Positions 57,962-64,000 of a stretch of DNA of 64,000 nucleotides are shown here, one piece after another. The notes under the pieces are model-generated. The model was not told where the DNA came from and searched no databases. It saw only the letters and a program-made list of their open reading frames with translations. The translations under genes were made by a program, and so were the position numbers. The DNA is taken from contig CH464491.1 of the NCBI GenBank assembly GCA_000002445.1, positions 1,696,001-1,760,000 on the forward strand, read 5' to 3'. The first letter of the stretch is position 1, and each line of letters begins with the position of its first letter. The stretch comes from Trypanosoma brucei. Taxonomy: Eukaryota.

Positions 57962-60900
57962 CGCCTATATCAATACAAGAAAAATGAAGGAAAACAATCG
58001 GGACAGACTCAAAAAAAAAAAAACTACAGCTATTGACAAATGGCAACCCCGAACAGCAAGAATAACGGGCCAAATTCAAGCAGATCTGTGAAGGGATTTG
58101 CGAACTAAAGAGACAGCAGCCACAACAAATTAGAGAGGAACGACTGTTCAGGTTCTAGAGGAAACAAATAAAAAATGTGGAAGACACCATAATTTGGTTG
58201 AAAACGCACGTCAAATAGGCATCAAAACGTCTTAACTCTCAGGAAAAAAAAGAGAAAGACGGAAGCAACTTTCACTAACGGATGATTCAACTAGTACGAA
58301 GAAATATGTGCAAAAAAAATCTGCTGAAGGCGCCCCGGTGTTTTCTTTCCACCATCGCACGACACCGAGTCCGGCAGCGTACAACAAAAAAAAAATGGAA
58401 CCACACGGGCGAACCCGCAACGGCTCATTCAGGTAAGCAGTCGCCGTGAACAAGTCGCAAATACCATCACTACCATCAACCCTTTGTCTCAGCCTAACGC
58501 GTCTCCGGGAGGGGTCCGGAGAAATCGAATAGATGAACGAACCGCTGGAACGAACTCGTGCTTTTAATGCGACACATCGCCATGCATGTTTCGCATCCAC
58601 CACGCGTAACATGAGACTTCTACGCGCATACTCCGTAAACACAAAGAACGCTGATAACGGGCCCATTGAACCATCAACCTCTCTTCCCAACCCGAACCGG
58701 CGAGCATCGAGGAAGTATCAACGGCTCCACTGCCGAACGGTAGGGGTCACTCCCTTTGTTTTGTGCCCCCGGACCGATCCATCCGTATCTCAAGCCAAGA
58801 AGAAAAAACACGACAAGGGCTCTGCGTTATACAAAACTGGCATCGGAGAAAAATACATACGGCGCGCCCAAATATGAAAGCGGTCCTTTCCCCCTGACCA
58901 CCGGTCCCGGAGCCGACGCCACCAAGCCACCTGTTAGATGCCAAAGTAGCACATTCACCCCCCCCCCCGGCTTTTTTGATGGATCTTCATTGAGAGCCAC
59001 CAGTGGCAAAATGGGAGGCGCCCGGGGGACCGGCAAGTAAATAACAGCGTTCCGGCAAGACGCGGCTGGCCTCAATGCTGTATCATGCTGCCGCCCAGGC
59101 TCAACGGCGTTCCCTAGGTGAAAAGGGCAGCCAGTCCCCCAACCGCCCCGCAAAAAAACACAGAGCCACATCGAGGGACCCGATATCACGACGCACTTCA
59201 CACGGTAGCCGCATACGATCGGCGAACCACCACGGTTGATCGATTTTATGAGGACGCCGCCAACCCTCATTCCAAAAGCGAAGATGCCATCCGATCTCCC
59301 CTTCAGCAAAAGTATCTGGCGACCCGCTTCCAGCAAGACTATGCAGTTTTATCCGATGTGGGCGCATTACGGAACGGTAACCCGATAAAACATTTGCTCT
59401 TGTGATGAGAACGTCCCGTTCGTAAGAACCGGAACGGGCAACACCAACTGACAATGAAAAAGACATGCAATACGTAAAGCAGTGAGCGAGTTTTTTAAAA
59501 AAAACGGGGGGGTGAAACAGAATAGAATGGCAGTTTGCCCATGTTTCTGTGCTTCCCTCCTTGCGTCCAGTGCTCGAGGTCGGGGACCATTTTGCCCTCA
59601 AGACGCTGCAGCGCATGAAAGTGATAATATTTCCTTAGGGAGTGTGGCGCGTTTCATGACGACATTTTGTGGGACCTGGGGGTTGCAGGAAGGGGAACCA
59701 CTGGAAAACGCGGGCAACAGAATCCCATAAATGGACGACAGGGAAATTAACCGTGGGGCCGGCATCAACTGGTCCCCTGAAGCTCCGGATGTTTACCGGG
59801 ATCCCCCCTAAGGAATGAGCAAGTTGGAGACTTTTTAAGCAAAAGAAGTGGGGCCACCCTCCACGACGGCACCAGCATTCTTCACGAGGTTATACGGAAA
59901 TCGCATGGTGGTGTAAGAGGGGTGTGGGAAAACAATCAAAAATGTGCGACGCACATAAAGCAACGGATTGAAAAGCTGCAGCACATCCTAAAGCATTCGA
60001 CTCGTGAAATCAGATGCGTTCCCCAGAAGCAACGCCTCCGAGAGCGCATAAATCACGAACAAGAAACTCCCCCGGTGAGACAAGACAAAGTACAGGTTAG
60101 GAAAAGAATGGTGAAGAAGCGAGGCTGGACGGCGGTCCTGCTAGGTGGACTATGGCGATTTCCGGCCCATTCGACACCGGGTGGAGTATGCCGACCACCT
60201 TTGAAAAATACGTCGATGGTGTCCACGAATCTTGGAGGGGGAACAATCGGGTGGACCCCGCGAAGGCGCCCTCTTTTTCATTCTTTAGGTGACGGGCCAC
60301 CTCTTGTTGACATTTCCGAAACTATGAGAAGGGCGCCGCCCATGGAACTCCCTTGAGAAACTGCGAGAAGTCTTCTAGGAGGATCGCCGGTACGCCCCAC
60401 CTTTACGATACCGAGAGCGGCGTCGGAGCCAAAGGTGAGCAACTCGAAACCTCGTTGCCGCCTCCGCGATGTCGCCCACCCACCCCCTAACAAAAAAACA
60501 GCGGCGCATATCGCCTCAAGGGTCGACTTAACCGCAGGTCGCCCTCTCGAAGAGGCGATACGCAATCCACGTGCTTACGAACGACACCGGCGGAATTCGC
60601 ATACGGTTCTTGCAGCGATAACGCATCTCTGCCAGCCGATCAAAGCAAAATTGGGAGGGGGAAACATGCACACATTCCCCTGATGCTCGAATTTCTCTCC
60701 TCCCCAGCCAGGGGCGCTACCCGTCTGTTTTCACACGGTGGGAGCAATTTCTACCATAAGATCAAATTATGGCGGCAGGTGGGGGAAGCGTCCCCGTGTG
60801 ATGCAGTGGGCAGGCGTTTGCATCCACACATGGTAGCGTCGTCAAGTTTCAACGGCTCGCCCGTGAAAGGATAGAGGAGTTACTTGAGAGCTGCTTAGGG

Positions 60901-61989
60901 AAAAGGAAACCATGAGAAAGAGGGTACAGAATACGGAAAAGCCAGAGCTGGGCTCCGAAGTGCGACAGAAAGAGGTTTCACACCAACTCCGAAAGGTGAC
61001 GGGTGGGCCTTCATTGGACTAAGAATGCCGCGAGTGCTGACAAAAGTAAGACAGGCCCGAACGAATTGGTAGAAGGTAAAGAAAGCAAACCACCTTACGG
61101 CATTACAAAAGTGTATGCTTGCTCGACTTGCGGGGATGGTGTATTTGTCGCGGTTTTCGCAACGCAGAAGCGGATTGCTTCCGCCGCGCTTTGGGAGTGC
61201 CAAACGCAGCAAAGGCAACATGGAAAAGGAGAGTGGCCGTGGGTTTGGTTTCTGGGAACAGGAGAGGCAAGGGTTTTCCGTGGCGTAGGCGGGGAGAAGG
61301 AGGGGACCGAACCTGGGGGTTTGAGATTTAGTGAGCACTTTGAGGATGAAAAATGTCGTTTTACGTTGGGCTGGGGGTCACCTGACACCTCAACGGGTAG
61401 CGATGACTACACTTCCAGCCAGTGTGCACCGATACGATTTGGCACGGCGCCGTTCAGGAGAGTTACACAAATGCCCTCTTCCTCTGGCGGTGGGAAGAGA
61501 GGCCGATCCTCGGAAGGCCTTCGGGGGCGCATGTAGCGGTTCCTTCATATTTTTCTCTTGTTCCCTCCGCACGAGCTAGCAACCATGTATCTGCGTCGTT
61601 GCATCCCCCACCAACCTACGTTCACCCACCGTGGCCTCAAAGGAACGGACCGTACGGATACCAGTCAGCGGAGATCGCAGCGCTCAGCAAGCCATCAAGT
61701 CTTTAGCACATGCCACCGCGTCGAAGTGGGATAAAGAGAACTCGGTCACAAGTGTTTGCGCCACGCAAAACGCTCCCACATATTTGATCGCCTATCCTAC
61801 CATACACTTCCAGACCGCCCCTTCCGGCTTCAAGAATGCACCGCATGGGGAAAAGGCTGAATAGAGAGACGAAAGCAGTGGAAATTGCCCCTAAAGGACC
61901 GAAAACGCACCAAGCGATGCAGACTGGGCGCATAGATAATTTGAACAACACCGCGACAGAGATCAGTGTGTCACTGCCAAATTGGAAAG

Positions 61990-62790
61990 TCAAAACTTTG
62001 CCAAGTTTTCAGCAATCTCCTTATCTAACAAGAACGAAACGTTCCCCTCACAACCCCGAAGGAAGCGAGCAACGGGAGCTTTATGGGCGGTGTCCGCCAG
62101 TATGCCATCAACAACCCATTTCTTCTCTGCACCCGTCGCAAGTACGATGACATTACGCGCTTGCATAATCGTTGCTGGCGACAGCGTGACACGCCACACC
62201 TTCGGCTTCATGGTTTCGCTGGGGAATCCTACGCTGACAACCACCTTTCCGTCTGTCTCCTTTTCAGCCTGGCTTCCTGGGAAAATGGAGGCCGTGTGGC
62301 CATCAGACCCCAAACCCAAGAGTACGACATCAAAGACGGGAACTTTCGCTCCCGCTTCTCCCACACTCTTCAGGGGAAGAAGCGAGGCAAGTTGCTTTCC
62401 GTACGCCTCAGCCACCCTCATGGCGTCAGCAGATGTCGCCTCTGCCGAAGGCGTGACGGCGCTGGTGTCGAAAGGAAAAACGAGGTCGTCGGGGATGTCG
62501 TGAAGAAGGACTTCCCTCGCCATGTTGTAGTTGGAATCGGTGGAGTCGGCGGGGACCATCCGCTCATCTCCCATAAAAAAACGCAGCGCGCGCTTCTCCC
62601 TAAGCAAATTAAGGTGCTCATCATGCAGCCGCGCGTAGGTCATCTTTGGCGTGGAACCACCCGCAAGGGCGATGGACAAAGGCCATTGTTGGCTCCCTGA
62701 AGTCTCTATGATTTCCACTATCTTTCGACACCCTGCAGCAGAGAGCTCCTGAGGCGTCGCGTGAACGCTGATGGTTGGCTTGAATGACAT
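61990..62790 (-). CDS. PGL: 6-phosphogluconolactonase (pentose-phosphate pathway), 266 aa, with a C-terminal -AKF PTS1-like tripeptide.
   Basis: Member of the glucosamine-6-P isomerase / 6PGL family with the signature VFDVVLLGLGSDGHTASIFPGS and the N-terminal LSIALAGGSTP. Real ATG at 62790. Confidence 0.9.
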   Translation of the reverse strand: MSFKPTISVHATPQELSAAGCRKIVEIIETSGSQQWPLSIALAGGSTPKMTYARLHDEHLNLLREKRALRFFMGDERMVPADSTDSNYNMAREVLLHDIPDDLVFPFDTSAVTPSAEATSADAMRVAEAYGKQLASLLPLKSVGEAGAKVPVFDVVLLGLGSDGHTASIFPGSQAEKETDGKVVVSVGFPSETMKPKVWRVTLSPATIMQARNVIVLATGAEKKWVVDGILADTAHKAPVARFLRGCEGNVSFLLDKEIAENLAKF

Positions 62791-63273
62791 ATTATGATGT
62801 ATGGTTCTGCTTTATCTTCGTGATGGCACAATGCAGGTGCATACAAAAGAGGGAAGGGGAAACATGCTAGTTTTGAAGAAAAGGAAGTTGGGGATCTACA
62901 AACACAAACATTTCTGACTAAGTCTCCTCATGCGTCGAAAAAGCATACTGCACCGCTTTTTTTTTTTTGATTACCACAGACATGCGGCAGATGCCGCGCC
63001 GAAGCGAAGTTTCTGCGGTATGGGGAGCGCACACCGCAAGGCGTATAGCCCAGCCACGTCAACTCTCGCCCCTTTGCGACCCCCAAACGATGCACACAAT
63101 GGAAAGAATTTCACACACATATACGCATGCTTACACAATATTCACGTCCGTAATCCCCCGACCTATTGTCATTTTTTGCGGCTCAATATCCCTCTCCGCC
63201 AACAAAACGTGACCTCAGGGGTTAAGCATACGAAATTTTCAAAAAGCATAGGGCGGCGGAAGTTGCGAGGATT

Positions 63274-64000
63274 TTACTCTTCTCGGTACCCGAACCTCGA
63301 GTCACCTCCCTTTCCCATGAGTATCTTCACTGCTTCCTTCAATGGAACACGATGGCCCTGCAGTTGCGGGGCCCCCTCACCTTCTCTTTTGGTTGCATCT
63401 GACACCTGACGCGCCTCTTCGTTTTCACACTGCCGCTTCTGCTGTTCGCCCATCCTTCTTGCATTAAGCAGTTCTGCGCGCATTGCCCTCCTTGCCTCTT
63501 CATAGTCACGTTGCCTGAGCTCTTCCCGAGCAGCCCGAACAGAGGCCTCCACTTCATCCAACACTCGTAGCGCATACTGCAACTCTCTCTCTGTCGCGCC
63601 GGACTCATCACGAAAGACCAAGGCAGACTCCCCAGACTCCTCCACTAATTTACCCCCCGCATACTCCACAAGCAGCTCCAGCGCCCCTCGCTGCTGCACT
63701 ACACTTTTGTACACCACTCGGTTACGAAGTCGCAACCTACGATATTTCTCCTCCATGGGATGCAAAATCATATTCGTTAACGCGGTGCGGAGAGTTTCAA
63801 TGTTGCTCGCGGAAGTGTAAAGTCCGTCACCCGCGTCGTCTGCAGAAAACTCTTGAGCAATGTAAGAGCGCAGTTCTCCGACAGCCTTTGCCTTCTCACA
63901 CCGCTCGCGTCGCACTTCAAGTCGCAAATTTTGGCGCAACTGCACATAATTTGGCTCGTTGGCTCGTGCATCCTCTTCCCGACGACGTAGGTAACTTATA
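63274..64000 (-). CDS. PUB-domain-like coiled-coil protein; the 3' portion is in the window and the 5' end lies beyond the right edge.
   Basis: The ORF-track start at 63945 is a GTG. The frame stays open upstream to the window end (...ISYLRRREEDARANEPNYVQLRQNL...). The segment MILHPMEEKYRRLRLRNRVVYKSVVQQRGALELLVEYAG resembles the PUB (PNGase/UBA-UBX) p97-binding domain core. Confidence 0.5.
   Translation of the reverse strand, partial: ISYLRRREEDARANEPNYVQLRQNLRLEVRRERCEKAKAVGELRSYIAQEFSADDAGDGLYTSASNIETLRTALTNMILHPMEEKYRRLRLRNRVVYKSVVQQRGALELLVEYAGGKLVEESGESALVFRDESGATERELQYALRVLDEVEASVRAAREELRQRDYEEARRAMRAELLNARRMGEQQKRQCENEEARQVSDATKREGEGAPQLQGHRVPLKEAVKILMGKGGDSRFGYREE

Noticed and set aside
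58232-61536. Cluster of 140-180-aa ORFs on both strands in the GC-rich gap (58232-58690, 58827-59336, 59101-59616, 59922-60356, 60895-61338, 61003-61536).
   Set aside because: None has a recognisable domain and they overlap each other in different frames. I report the region as a finding, not as genes.

Overview
This window reads as a kinetoplastid (Trypanosoma brucei-like) nuclear chromosome segment, not a prokaryotic locus. Every convincing protein-coding gene is intronless and lies on the minus strand, about 23 genes in all. That fits a single polycistronic transcription unit processed by trans-splicing and polyadenylation. Supporting this, the plus strand is purine-rich just above most gene starts, which is the minus-strand polypyrimidine tract. 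The products are ordinary housekeeping genes: an ABCA-type ABC transporter, Skp1, ribosomal protein S15a, an Oxa1/YidC-like insertase, eRF3, Sec31, two tandem RPL28 copies, CYP51 (sterol 14-alpha-demethylase), a DHHC palmitoyltransferase, Sec61-alpha, an RRM protein, a degenerate IDH-like protein, an inositol 5-phosphatase (EEP family), pyruvate phosphate dikinase ending in -AKL, a zf-HIT protein, ribosomal protein S5, a PDZ/CCHC/CCCH/RS-tailed RNA-binding protein, 6-phosphogluconolactonase ending in -AKF, and a PUB-domain protein. Partial genes run off both window edges. From memory only (no database was consulted), the CYP51 / PPDK / 6PGL order matches T. brucei chromosome 11. I see no CRISPR array, prokaryotic operon, defence island or mobile element I can support. 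The ORF track calls alternative start codons (TTG/GTG shown as M), so I re-derived several starts to the first real ATG. The points most worth a second look are: the RPL28 / hypothetical ORF / RPL28 tandem duplication (761-bp units 99.9 percent identical); a 4-kb GC-rich, coding-like but ORF-less gap between the RS-zinc-finger gene and 6PGL; in-frame tandem repeats in Sec31; a Sup35-like prion-type N-domain with PAM2-like motifs in eRF3; and a truncated, catalytically degenerate isocitrate-dehydrogenase-fold protein.
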